A stretch of 64,000 bases of DNA, from NCBI GenBank assembly GCA_049840675.1, contig JASGKB010000014.1:190330-254329 (forward strand). Direction: 5' to 3'. The notes beneath the pieces were generated by a model. The model had not been told where the DNA came from. It worked only from the letters and a program-made list of their open reading frames with translations, and did not search any database. Positions 1 through 10,561 of this stretch are shown in pieces. Made by a program: the position numbers and the translations under genes. Source of the DNA: Pirellulales bacterium (GTDB taxonomy: Bacteria > Planctomycetota > Planctomycetia > Pirellulales > PNKZ01). How positions within the stretch are numbered: position 1 is the stretch's first letter; every line of letters starts with the position of its first letter.

Positions 1-1317
1 CTCACTTGGTCGCCCGACGCCATTTTACAATCGGCCAATAGTTGCAACGGTTGCGGCGTCTGCCGAGCGCAAAACACGGCCGTACGGATGTGCCCGATCT
101 TCCGCTTCGCCGCCGAGGAAGCCTCGCCCCGCGCGAAGGCCAATCTGATGCGGAGTCTGCTCACCGGCAAACTCGGTCCCGATATCGTCAAGACCGACGA
201 GTTCAAAGCCGTGGCCGATCTCTGCGTCAACTGTCAGCAATGCCGATTGGAATGTCCGGCGGAAGTCGATATCCCCCGATTGATGCTCGAAGCCAAAGCG
301 GCCTACGTCCAAAGCAACGGGCTTAAACTCGCAGAATGGCTGGTCACGCACTACGACATCCTCGGCGCAACCGGCTCGCTCACGGCGCCGCTCGCCAATT
401 GGCTCATCGGCAACCGGCAGTTTCGTTGGCTCTTAGAGAAGGTCATCGGCATCGCGCAGGCTCGGAAGTTGCCGAGGTTCGCGTCGCGCATGTTCATGCG
501 GCGTGCGAAGGCTCGGCAGTTGACGAAGCCGTCGCGCAACGCGGCCCGCAAAGTGTTGTACTTCGTCGACACGTACGCGAATTATCACGATCCGCTCTTG
601 GCGGAAGCCCTCGTTGCCGTGTTCGAGCATAACGGCATCTCGGTCTACGTGCCGCCGAACCAGGGGCAATCGGGCATCGCGATGATTTCGCTTGGGGCCG
701 CGGAGCTGGCTCGCAAGACGGCCCAACGCAATACGGCGCTGCTGGCCGACGCGATCCGTCAGGGATACACGATCGTCACGGCCGAACCGAGTGCGGCCCT
801 CTGTTTGAAGATCGAGTATCCTCAACTCATCGACGACGAAGATTCCCGGCTCGTCGCGGAAAACACGATGGAGGCGTGCCAATACCTTTGGGGCCTGCAC
901 ACCGCCGGCAAGCTGCAACTCGATTTCAAGCCGGTGAACGCCGTCGTCGGTTATCACCAGCCTTGCCATATGAAGGCGCTGGAAATCGGTTCACCAGGCG
1001 AGCAACTCTTGCGGCTGATTCCGGGGCTCACCGTGGCGACGGTCGAAAAAGGTTGCTCCGGTATGGCCGGCTCCTACGGCCTGAAGAAGGAAAACTTCCG
1101 CAACAGCATTCGGGCCGGCTGGGACTTGATCTCTACCGTGCGCGAGGCCGATTGGACGGCCGGCACGACGGAATGCAGCGCCTGCAAAATGCAAATGGAG
1201 CAGGGGACGAGCAAACCGACGATTCATCCGCTGAAGTTTCTCGCGCTCTCGTACGGCATCGTGCCCGAGCTGCATCACTTGCTGCAAGAGCGGAGCCGGG
1301 AGCTGACGGTGACATGA
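1..1317 (+). CDS. Fe-S oxidoreductase, GlpC/CCG-domain type (likely the C-terminal part of an FAD-linked oxidase); 5' truncated
   Basis: Frame 1 is open from base 1 (LTWSPDAILQSANSCNGCGVCR..MCP). Second ferredoxin motif CVNCQQCRLECP. CCG-like motifs HQPCH, GCSGMAG, ECSACKMQ. Confidence 0.85.
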   Translation, partial: LTWSPDAILQSANSCNGCGVCRAQNTAVRMCPIFRFAAEEASPRAKANLMRSLLTGKLGPDIVKTDEFKAVADLCVNCQQCRLECPAEVDIPRLMLEAKAAYVQSNGLKLAEWLVTHYDILGATGSLTAPLANWLIGNRQFRWLLEKVIGIAQARKLPRFASRMFMRRAKARQLTKPSRNAARKVLYFVDTYANYHDPLLAEALVAVFEHNGISVYVPPNQGQSGIAMISLGAAELARKTAQRNTALLADAIRQGYTIVTAEPSAALCLKIEYPQLIDDEDSRLVAENTMEACQYLWGLHTAGKLQLDFKPVNAVVGYHQPCHMKALEIGSPGEQLLRLIPGLTVATVEKGCSGMAGSYGLKKENFRNSIRAGWDLISTVREADWTAGTTECSACKMQMEQGTSKPTIHPLKFLALSYGIVPELHHLLQERSRELTVT

Positions 1318-1559
1318 TCGTTCGCGTCAAGCTGTTCGCCGTCGCCAAGCAGGCGGCCGGCGCCGAGTCGATTGCTCTCGATGTTCCCGACCAGGCGGTG
1401 ATCGGCGACGTTCGCCAGGCCCTTCTTGTTGCGATCCCCGCACTTGCTCCGGCCGCGAAGTTCTTGATGTTCGCCGTGAACGCGGAGTACGCTGGCGATC
1501 AAACGCCGGTCACCGTGACGACCGAGATCGCCTGCATCCCGCCGGTGAGCGGCGGATAG
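1314..1559 (+). CDS. moaD: Molybdopterin synthase sulfur carrier subunit (MoaD/ThiS family)
   Basis: MIVRVKLFA...FAVN.EY...IPPVSGG with C-terminal GG. ATGA overlap with the upstream stop. moaE and moaA lie nearby. Confidence 0.9.
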   Translation: MIVRVKLFAVAKQAAGAESIALDVPDQAVIGDVRQALLVAIPALAPAAKFLMFAVNAEYAGDQTPVTVTTEIACIPPVSGG

Positions 1560-1681
1560 GGATCGCAAGCGACCGCAACCTTTCCGGCGGCGCACCATCC
1601 CGCACCGAGCGACTTCATTATTCTTCGCCGCGCGGCAGGGCTATACTGCGCACAGCATCTCGCGCTTTCGGAGTCGTCGCC

Positions 1682-2912
1682 ATGCCTGCCGTCGCCAGAC
1701 TCTTCTTGGCATCGCTGTTCGTGTATTCGTTCCCGCAAGCTGTTCAGGCGGCCGAGAGTGTGCCGGCGAAAGCGGAAGTTCCAACGCAGTCGGCCCCGTC
1801 GACAAAGCAGCTCCTCGCCTCCGTCGAAAGAAGCTTGGCCTTCCTCGAACACGACGGTGTCCAATGGATGCGCGACAAAGCCTGCATTACCTGTCATCAA
1901 GTTCCGGCCATGCTTTGGAGCCTCCACCTCGCCAAGAACGCCGGGCTCAAGGTCGACGCCGCGAAACTCAAACTCTGGAACCAGTGGGCTCTCGACAACG
2001 GTCTCAAGCGGTCCGTGTATTACAAAGTGACCGAAGACGCGCTGGCTAAACTCAAAGCGGCAGGCTTTTCGGACGAACTCGCGGCGAAGCTGAAGCCGCT
2101 ACAAGGGGCCAACTATGTATTCGTCGGCGACTTTACGTCGGCGGCCGAGAAGGCGCTCGGCAAGAGCTTCGCGATTCACAAGAATGCGCTGCTCGAGGCC
2201 TGCGGCAAGCCCGGCCAAGGAGGCGGCGGCGCACCGCCGGCGAATCAATACATGGCGTTGCTCATTTCGGGCACGGCGGATCACGCCGACGACGCCTCGG
2301 TCATTCGGCGAACGCTCGTAACCGGATTGGTCAAGTCGCAGAAGAAAGACGGCTCTTGGGAACCGGCCGGCCAATTCCTGGCTCAGCAGCGCCCGAAACC
2401 GGAAACGTCGGAAGTCATTACGCTCTGGACGCTCCTAGCCCTGTCGACCGCCGAGGAATCGTCGCCCGAGCAGGCCGCCGCGGAGCGGAAGGCCCGCGAG
2501 TTCGCCGCCAAGGCGGGAGAGTCGAACAATACCGAGACGATCCTGCTGCGCGCCCTGTTGGCCGAACAAGACGGCGACGCCGCGCGACGCGACGCAATGT
2601 GGGCGCGACTGGCGAAATCGCAACACGCCGACGGCGGTTGGGGCTGGCTCCTCGATCGGGAGACGAGCGACCCCTTCACGACCGGCATGGTTCTCTACGG
2701 TCTCGGCGTACTTGGCCGGAATTCAAGTGACCCGAGCGTCGGCAAGGCGCAGCGTTACCTGTTGCAGCAGCAAACCCAAGAGGGCGATTGGAAACTCGTC
2801 GGCAAAACGATCAGCGCCAGACACGCGCAAGGATGCGGAGAACGGCGACTACATTTATTCCTATTGGACGACCGGTTGGGCCGTCGTCGGGTTGCTTTCG
2901 ACGGTCGAGTAG
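1682..2912 (+). CDS. Secreted prenyltransferase/squalene-cyclase-repeat protein with a CxxCH motif; probable frameshift near 2820
   Basis: Signal-peptide-like N-terminus, CITCH, QW-like repeats (SQKKDGSW, SQHADGGW, QQTQEGDW). A plausible C-terminus (YSYWTTGWAVVGLL) lies in another frame ending at 2912. Confidence 0.7.
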
Positions 2913-2984
2913 TCGCATCGACGGGCGTGTGATCGTAGCGATGAACCGCTGCCGAAGGCGTTCCGCGGCTGATACAATTGCAGT

Positions 2985-3452
2985 ATGAGCCGGCTGACGA
3001 GAAATCCGATCGATACCGCAGAGTTGCTGCGCCGCGTGACGGTACCCGCCGCCGGGGCCGTCGTGCTGTTTCTCGGCACCGTACGCGAATTCACGGCCGG
3101 CCGGCAGACCGCGGCTCTCGACTACGAGGGCTACCCGGAAATGGCCGAGCGGAAGCTGGCCGAACTCGACGCCGAGGCTCGCCGTCGTTGGCCGCTCTGC
3201 GAAGTGGCGCTGGTGCACCGGCTCGGGCACTTGGAGCTCGCCGAGGCCAGCGTTGCCGTCGCCGTGAGCTCTCCGCATCGGGCCGAGGCATTCGAAGCCG
3301 GTCGTTGGCTGATCGACACGCTCAAAGAAACCGTGCCGATTTGGAAACAAGAGCAGTGGGCCGACGGCACGACCGAATGGGTTCATCCGGGAGTGAATAC
3401 TGACGGCGGAATGCCGATTGCGGAAGCGCGAACGGAGGGGCCGCTGCCATGA
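2985..3452 (+). CDS. moaE: Molybdopterin synthase catalytic subunit
   Basis: GAVVLFLGTVR, LDYEGY, HRLGHL, SSPHRAEAFEA, LKETVPIWKQE. Confidence 0.95.
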   Translation: MSRLTRNPIDTAELLRRVTVPAAGAVVLFLGTVREFTAGRQTAALDYEGYPEMAERKLAELDAEARRRWPLCEVALVHRLGHLELAEASVAVAVSSPHRAEAFEAGRWLIDTLKETVPIWKQEQWADGTTEWVHPGVNTDGGMPIAEARTEGPLP

Positions 3453-4448
3453 CGACGCCTCTTCCGCTCGTCGATACGTTCGGCCGCGTGCATACCGATC
3501 TGCGGATCAGCGTTACGGATCGCTGCAACATTCGCTGCTTCTACTGCATGCCGAATGAGAGCATCCAGTTTAAGCCGCGAGAAGAATTGCTGACCTTCGA
3601 AGAGATCGAACGCTTCGTGCGCGCGGTCGCTCCGTTGGGAATTGCCAAGCTACGGCTGACCGGCGGCGAACCGCTGGTCCGGCGCAATCTCGATCGGCTC
3701 ATCGCGCGCTTGACGGCCGTACCCGGCATCGACGATATTGCGCTCACGACCAACGGCATCTTGCTGGCCGAACAGGCCGCAGCCCTGCGCAGCCGGCCTT
3801 CATCGCTTGAACATCAGTTTGGATGCGCTCGACGCCGAGATCTTTCGCACCATCGCCCGCCGCGAAGGTTTGGAACAGGTCCTGGCCGGTATCGAAGCGG
3901 CCCAGCGCGTCGGCTTCGACAAGATCAAGCTCAACGCCGTCGCAATTCGTGGATTGACCGAATCTCAGATCGTGCCGCTCGGGCGCTTTGCGCGCGAACG
4001 CGGCTTGGAGCTGCGGTTCATCGAGTTCATGCCTCTGGATGCGGAGAAGCACTGGAACGACGAACAAGTTCTCTCCGGGGAAACGGTGCTGCAAACATTG
4101 GCCGCGGAATTCGGCCCGTTGGAGCCGATCGTGCCGGTGCACCCCGGTCAGCCGGCGAGCGACTATCGGTTCGTCGGCGGGGGCGGCATCGTCGGCTTTA
4201 TCAATCCGGTGACGCAGCCGTTCTGCGAATCGTGCAATCGGCTTCGACTCACGGCCGAAGGGCGAGTGCGAAACTGCTTGTTTTCTATCGAAGAATGGGA
4301 TGCCCGCGCGGTGCTCCGCGGCGGCGGCACGGAAGAAGAACTGGCGACGCTCGTGCGCCATTCGATCCATGCGAAACGCGCGGGACACGGCATTCACACG
4401 GACCAATTCCAACGCCCCGAGCGGGCCATGTTTCAAATCGGCGGCTAA
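3449..4448 (+). CDS. moaA: GTP 3',8-cyclase (radical SAM); frameshift near 3790
   Basis: LRISVTDRCNIRCFYCMP, RLTGGEP, TTNG in the first frame. RLNISLD, RFIEFMP, FCESCNRLRLT..G..RNCL and MFQIGG end in the second frame. Confidence 0.95.
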
Positions 4449-4459
4449 CTCAAAACGAA

Positions 4460-5618
4460 ATGCAGCGGATCTATCTCGACAACGCCGCCACCAGTTGGCC
4501 GAAGCCTGCGGAAGTTTACGACGCCGTCGATCGTTGGCAACGCGAGAACGGCACGCCGTTCGGACGCGGCGTGTACGACTCGGCCACGGCCACGGATCGA
4601 TTGGTGCTTGATGCACGTCGGGCCGTTGCGCAATTGCTCGGCGTCGACGATCCGACGCGGATCGTCTTCACGCTCAACGGCACGGATGCTCTGCATCTCG
4701 CGATCCAAGGTCTGATCAAGCCGGGCGACCATGTGGTGACGACCGTCGTCGAGCACAATTCCGTGTTGCGGCCGCTCCGACAGTTGGAAGGCCGCGGCGT
4801 CGCGACGACGCACGTAGGTTGCGATGCCGAAGGAGTCGTGTCGGCGGGCGACGTCATCAAAGCGTTGAACTCGAAGACGAAGTTTGTCGTCGTTGCGCAT
4901 GCCTCGAACGTCACCGGCGCCTTGCAACCGGTCGCCGAGATCGGTGCGGAACTTCGCAAGCGAAACGTAACGTTCATCGTGGACGCCGCACAGACGCTCG
5001 GTGAATTGCCGTTTGCCGCCGAAGAATTGTCGTGCGATCTGCTGGCGGCGCCGGGACACAAAGGTTTGCTCGGGCCGCTGGGGACCGGCGTTCTGTATGT
5101 TCGGCCGGGCGTCGAAGAGCGGTTCATGAGCATTCGTAGCGGCGGCACCGGAAGCCAGAGCAACTCGACGTTGCAGCCCAAGACGATGCCGGACAAGTTC
5201 GAAGCGGGCAACCTCAACGTGCCCGGCGTCGTCGGCCTCGGGGCGGGCGTGCGCTGGCTGCTGAATCGCGGCGTAGGCGACGTGCGGGAACACGCACGCC
5301 GGTTATCGGAAAGGCTGCTTACCGGGCTTTCGCAGTTGAAACAAGTCCGGGTTTGGGGACCGCACAACGCAGAACGGCGGGTGGGGCTAGTGAGCCTCAC
5401 TATCGACGGATATGATCCGCAGGAAGCTGCGGCCGTGCTGGCCGCGTCGTTCGGCATTGAGGCCCGCGCCGGGCTTCATTGCAGCCCGCTGATGCACAAA
5501 GCAGCTTGGCACCGAAGCCGGCGGCGGTACGCTAAGACTCAGCTTGGGGCCGCTGAACGCCGACGCCGACATCGACGCCGTGCTGGAAGCCCTCTCGCAA
5601 CTAACCGCGACATCCTGA
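4460..5618 (+). CDS. Cysteine desulfurase family protein (aminotransferase class V); frameshift near 5500
   Basis: IYLDNAATSWPKP, EHNSV, HASNVTG, VDAAQ, PGHKGLLGP (PLP Lys), RAGLHC. C-terminus GTLRLSLG...ATS-stop in the shifted frame. Confidence 0.9.
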
Positions 5619-5637
5619 CGGAAGGACCACGACGGAC

Positions 5638-6057
5638 ATGGCCGGTAAGCCTTGGTTTGAAGAGACGGGATTACGCTTCGAATGCACGCAATGCGGCGAT
5701 TGCTGCACCGGCGCGCCCGGCTTCGTCTGGGTCAATCAGGAAGAGATCGAAGCGATCGCCAAGCGGATCAACGTCGACGTTGACGAGTTCGAAAAGAAGT
5801 ACGTCCGTAAGATCGGGATTCGCAAGAGCTTAGTTGAATTCCCCAACGGCGACTGCGTGTTCTTCGACACCGAGCAGCGCAATTGCTCGGTATATGAAGC
5901 CCGGCCTCGCCAGTGCCGCACTTGGCCGTGGTGGAATTCGAACATCAATTCCGAAAAGGCGTGGGAAGAAACCAAGGAAGCCTGCCCCGGCTGCGGCAAG
6001 GGGAAGCTCTTCACGGCCGAGCACATTCTGAATCAGGCCGCCGTGATCCGAATCTGA
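5638..6057 (+). CDS. YkgJ family cysteine-cluster protein
   Basis: FECTQCGDCC...DCVFFD...CSVYEARPRQCRTWPWW...CPG. Confidence 0.88.
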   Translation: MAGKPWFEETGLRFECTQCGDCCTGAPGFVWVNQEEIEAIAKRINVDVDEFEKKYVRKIGIRKSLVEFPNGDCVFFDTEQRNCSVYEARPRQCRTWPWWNSNINSEKAWEETKEACPGCGKGKLFTAEHILNQAAVIRI

Positions 6058-6402
6058 TTGAATTCGGAGTCTCTCGTTTCGTCATTGCCGGCATCCGCTT
6101 ATCCCGATTTTGCGAATCGTGCGGATTGAGTGGAGTTTGCCGCCGCGGCCGGCCGATGAATACCGCGCGCCGACATCCTCGGCCGATCGCTCAAAGTGCG
6201 GAACGACATCCGTCGTGATTCACAACCGACGAAACGGCAAGGGGTTACGGCACGTCGACCGCTTCAAGGGCGACGGAACTGATCGTAAGTTCTTTGACAA
6301 TTGATGCTTAGCTCCGATCGAAACCATGTGGTACCGCACGGTTTCGCTCCGGGTGAATCGCCCTAAGTCCTTATTCAAGGCCGGCCAAAACGGCCATTTA
6401 CC

Positions 6403-6431
6403 TTGACTCTAGTGCTTATGCCATTTACACT
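6403..6431 (+). promoter_or_regulatory. Probable sigma70-type promoter of the HU gene
   Basis: TTGACT (6403-6408), 17-bp spacer, TACACT (6426-6431), about 75 nt upstream of the GTG start. Confidence 0.6.
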
Positions 6432-6507
6432 TGGAGCGTGACATGGGAATTCCGGCGACGACCTACGAAGGATCACTTTCGTCGCCGAAACCTGCGGAGA
6501 GCATGTC

Positions 6508-6867
6508 GTGACGAAGAAAGAAATTGTGAAGACGATTTCGGACGCCTGCCAACTCACACAGTTGCAGACGAAAGAGATCGTTCAACGCACGTTCGATGCG
6601 ATCGTCGAAGCGCTTGTGGAAGAAAAGCGTATCGAGTTGCGAAACTTCGGCGTGTTTGAAGTGAAGAAGCGGGCCGCCCGCAAGGCGCGGAATCCGCGAA
6701 CCGGTGATAAGGTCTACGTGCCTGAGAAGTACGTCGTAACCTTCAAGCCCGGCAAGGAGATGGAAGAAAAGGTACGAGTTCTGGAAGAGCAGGCGGCGGC
6801 CAAGGCGGCCCTGGCTGCGAGCCAGAATGCCGAATCCTCGCCCCCACCGATGGGCAATGCTTCCTAA
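6508..6867 (+). CDS. HU/IHF family DNA-binding protein
   Basis: MTKKEIV...[26 protein letters not shown]...VTFKPGK. GGAGA ribosome-binding site before the GTG. Confidence 0.95.
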   Translation: MTKKEIVKTISDACQLTQLQTKEIVQRTFDAIVEALVEEKRIELRNFGVFEVKKRAARKARNPRTGDKVYVPEKYVVTFKPGKEMEEKVRVLEEQAAAKAALAASQNAESSPPPMGNAS

Positions 6868-7205
6868 GAGCACTTTGGGTTCGAGTCCCGCGGCCTTGGC
6901 TGCAGGACGTCCAACCTTCTTAACTCCTGCCGTGAGTGCTAGTTAGCGGTAGCCGGCAATTCCGGCCCGCGGGCACGATTCCATTTCTTCTCGGCCTCAC
7001 GGCTGGTCTGGCGGCGGTTAGGGTATTTCGATACCTTACCGCCCCTTCCGGAGTCGTTTTTCCGACGCTCCCGACCATTTCCCCGACGTTTCGCTCGCAG
7101 CCAAGCATCAAACGTTCGCATCGCCCGATGCGAATGCCGATTGCAAAACGGCGCGACCGACGACCAAATCCGTCGTAGCGTCTGGGTCACGGAGGACTGG
7201 AGTTT

Positions 7206-7424
7206 ATGCGTAAGTTGTTACTCACCGTGCTGGCCGGAATGAGCCTTGCCGCTTCGACCGGCTGCCTCACGCCCATTTACTCGGGCGATCCGACGCGCCG
7301 CACGCAGCAGCTCATGAACACGTCGGAAAACCTCCGCATGCTGCTGGAAGATTGGGAACGCATCTGGTTCTTGGATCAACCGAGCCATATGTCGCCCCAC
7401 CGTACGCACGGCGGCATCATCTAG
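7206..7424 (+). CDS. Small putative lipoprotein of unknown function (72 aa)
   Basis: GGAG ribosome-binding site. Hydrophobic signal with lipobox-like STGC. Followed by hairpins and a terminator. Confidence 0.75.
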   Translation: MRKLLLTVLAGMSLAASTGCLTPIYSGDPTRRTQQLMNTSENLRMLLEDWERIWFLDQPSHMSPHRTHGGII

Positions 7425-7514
7425 TCTGACGAGCGTTTCGTGACGCCGCTTGCGACGAACTCGGGTTGAGTTCGTCGCCGGTCATGAATACGGATCGACG
7501 CGCAAAGACATTAC

Positions 7515-7541
7515 GGCGCGGCAGTGATGCCGCGCCTTTTT
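7515..7541 (+). terminator. Rho-independent terminator
   Basis: GGCGCGGCA-gtga-TGCCGCGCC followed by TTTTT. A second 11-bp perfect stem (GCGACGAACTC/GAGTTCGTCGC) lies at 7452-7478. Confidence 0.7.
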
Positions 7542-7695
7542 ATCGTCGGATCGGATTCGTGCGACCTCGTCGGCGGTTGCCGTTCGATGCCGGCAGGGAT
7601 ACATTGCTGAGCAGCCGTCGCCGTTGCGAATTTCACGCGATTCGTCGCGTTCGGCGCGAAATCCCTCGAAACCTGCACCGCCGTCGGAAGCGCTT

Positions 7696-8633
7696 GTGGA
7701 AGCCGTCGCCGTCGACCTTGAGGTCCGCCTCGGTCGCCTCCGTTTGCCGAATCCGATTCTCACCGCCTCGGGTACGTTCGGCTACGCTCGCGAGATGGTC
7801 GGCTTCGTCGAATCTGGCATCGCTGGGCGGCATCGTCCCCAAGACGATCACCAAGTTCCCGCGCCCGGCAACAAGCCTTGGCGGACGATTGAAACGACGG
7901 GCGGCATGCTCAACTCGATCGGTCTCGATAACGACGGCATCGACGCCTTCATCGACGGGCATCTGCCGTATCTGGCGTCGGTCGGCTGTCCGATCGTCGT
8001 GAGCATCGCCGGTTGCGACGAGGCCGAGTTCGCGGAGCTCGCGGGCAAGCTCAGCGGGCGACCCGAAGTCGCCGCGATCGAGCTGAACGTTTCATGCCCA
8101 AATGTCAGCGGCGGCGTGGATTTGGGGACCAATCCGGTTCGCTGCGAACGGGTCGTCGCCCAAGCCGCAACGCCTGCGATCGCCCGATCATCGCCAAGCT
8201 CACTCCCAACGTCACGAGCATGGCCGACATCGCCAAAGCCGCCGAAGCTGGCGGGGCAGACGCCATTTCGCTGATTAATACTTGCCTCGGAATGGCAATC
8301 GATTGGCGACGCCGCAAGCCGATGCTGGGCAACGTCGTCGGCGGCCTCAGCGGCCCGGCGATCAAGCCAATCGCGCTCCGCTGCGTTTACCAAGCGGCTC
8401 GGGCCGTGAAAACGCCGCTGATCGGCATCGGCGGCATTGCCACGCTCGACGACGTGATGGAATTCGTCGTCGCCGGCGCTTCCGCCGTCCAACTCGGTAC
8501 GGTGAACTTCTACGATCCGACGGTCGCGGGCCGAATTCTCGAAGCGCTTCCGGATGCTTTGCGCGAACTTAAAGCCGACCGTTGGGTCGATATCGTCAAT
8601 ACGCTCGACGCGCCGCCGCCGCAAGGCAAGTAG
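7696..8633 (+). CDS. pyrD: Dihydroorotate dehydrogenase, family 1; about three frameshifts (~7810, ~7860, ~8165)
   Basis: [60 protein letters not shown] spread over three frames. Start is approximate. Confidence 0.9.
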
Positions 8634-8697
8634 CAACTCGGCAATTGCGGCTGGTCGTATTTCTCCACTACTCACTCCGCCTTCCCCACTTCGCTTC

Positions 8698-9655
8698 ATG
8701 CGTGTTCTTTCCGGCATTCAACCGACCGGCCGTTTCCACTGGGGCAACTATTTCGGCGCCATCCGGCAGTACATTGATCTGCAGCACGGCAACGAGGCGT
8801 ACTACTTCATCGCCGACCTGCACGCACTGACCACGGTGCGCGATGCCGACGCGCTGCGGCAGAACGTGCTGGATGCGGCGCTCGATCTCTTGGCGCTCGG
8901 GCTCGATCCGGAAAAGGCCGTCCTGTTCCGTCAGTCGGATGTGCCCGAGGTGTCGGAGCTTTGTTGGCTGCTGATGACAGGCACCCCGATGGGTTTGCTC
9001 GAGCGGTGCCATGCCTATAAGGACAAGAAGGAGAAAGGGCTGCCGCGCAGACGCCGGGCTGTTCACGTATCCGGTGCTGATGTCGGCCGACATCCTCGCG
9101 TACGACGCCGACATCGTGCCGGTGGGCGCCGATCAGGTGCAGCACATCGAAGTCTGCCGCGACTTGGCCGGGGCGTTCAATCATCACTTCGGCGAAACGT
9201 TCGTACTGCCGAAGGCCAAGACGCTCGACGCTTCGGCCAAGGTGCCCGGCACCGACGGCGAGAAGATGTCGAAGAGCTATGACAACACGATCGAGCTCTT
9301 TGAAGAACCCAAGGCGATGCGCAAGAAAATCATGCGCATCACGACCGACGCCCGCCCGATGGAAGAGCCCAAAGAGCCGGAAGGGGATCACCTCTATCAG
9401 CTCTTTTCGTTGTTTGCGTCGGACGAAAAACGTGAAGAAATGGCCGCTCTCTACCGCCGGGGCGGGTTCGGCTACGGCGACATCAAGAAGGCCCTGGCCG
9501 ATGTCGCGGAGGCCTATTTTGCGGATGCTCGGGCTCGTAGGGCCGCGCTCGCCGCGGATCCGGCCCGAGTTTCGCAGATTTTGGCCGACGGAGCCGCTAA
9601 AGCCCGCAAAAAGGCCGCGGCCACGTTAAATCGCGACAGCGGAATTGCGGGTTAA
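8698..9655 (+). CDS. trpS: Tryptophanyl-tRNA synthetase; frameshift near 9045
   Basis: [17 protein letters not shown] (HIGH-like), [31 protein letters not shown]. Confidence 0.95.
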
Positions 9656-9710
9656 AATAGAGTACCCGATTCGGGGAGCCCGAACTCGTACTCTAGCCCG
9701 GCCCGCCGCC

Positions 9711-10561
9711 ATGTTGAACGGTCAGAAGATCGTCGTCGTGATGCCCGCGTACAACGCGGAGAAGACGCTCCGTCGTACGTTGAACGACATTCCGCACGAC
9801 GTCGTCGACGGGATGATCCTCGTCGATGACGCCAGTCGCGACGGCACGAGCAAGCTCGCCGCTTCGCTCGGCATTCCCACGTTCGTCCACCTGCGAAACT
9901 ACGGCTACGGCCGCAACCAGAAGACGTGCTACGCAGGCTTTGCGGATGGGGGCCGACGTCGTCGTGATGCTCCATCCTGATTACCAGTACTCGCCGAAGC
10001 TCATCACCGCGATGGCCGCGATGGCCACGAGCGGCGAGTTCGACGTGGTGCTCGGCTCGCGGATTCTCGGCGTCGGTGCGCTGGCCGGCGGCATGCCGTT
10101 TTACAAGTACGTCTTCAACCGCGGTTTGACGCTTTCGCAAAACTTGCTTTGCGGCCACAAGCTTTCGGAATATCACACGGGCTATCGGGCCTTCACACGC
10201 CGCGTGCTGTTGGAGTTGCCGCTCAACGAGAATTCCGACGACTTCGTATTCGACAATCAGATGCTCGCGCAGGCGATCTACTTCAAGTACCGCATCGGCG
10301 AAATGAGCTGCCCGACGAAGTATTTCGAAGACGCCTCCTCGATCAATTTCCGCCGGAGCTGCAAATACGGGCTGGGCGTTCTCGGGACGTCGGCCCTCTT
10401 TCGCTTGAACCGGATGGGCTTGGCGAAGACTCGCATTTACGCGGCCGACGGCCGCAAGCTCGCACGATCCGTCGGTGCCCGCCGATTACTATCGCGAAGA
10501 AGTGCACGGCGGCGAACCGGCGCTGGCCGGCGCGGGCGAGGAGCAAGCTCGTGGCGACTAG
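9711..10561 (+). CDS. Glycosyltransferase family 2 (polyprenol-phosphate sugar synthase-like); frameshifts near 9935 and 10470
   Basis: [59 protein letters not shown]. The 3' end is inferred from a shifted frame. Confidence 0.85.

Noticed and set aside
3449..5833. 794-aa ORF looking like a MoaA-cysteine desulfurase fusion
   Set aside because: Artifact of a frameshift near 3790. MoaA ends at its normal IGG-stop (4448) in another frame and the desulfurase has its own ATG at 4460.
6877..6889. GGGTTCGAGTCCC resembling a tRNA T-arm after the HU gene
   Set aside because: Only a 3-4 bp stem, with no acceptor stem, D arm or anticodon arm; the upstream sequence is HU coding DNA.
10149..10550. Long N-terminal extension of the methyltransferase ORF, or a GT2-methyltransferase fusion
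   Set aside because: It overlaps the GT2 coding frame. A GAGGAG-preceded GTG at 10551 gives a normal start.
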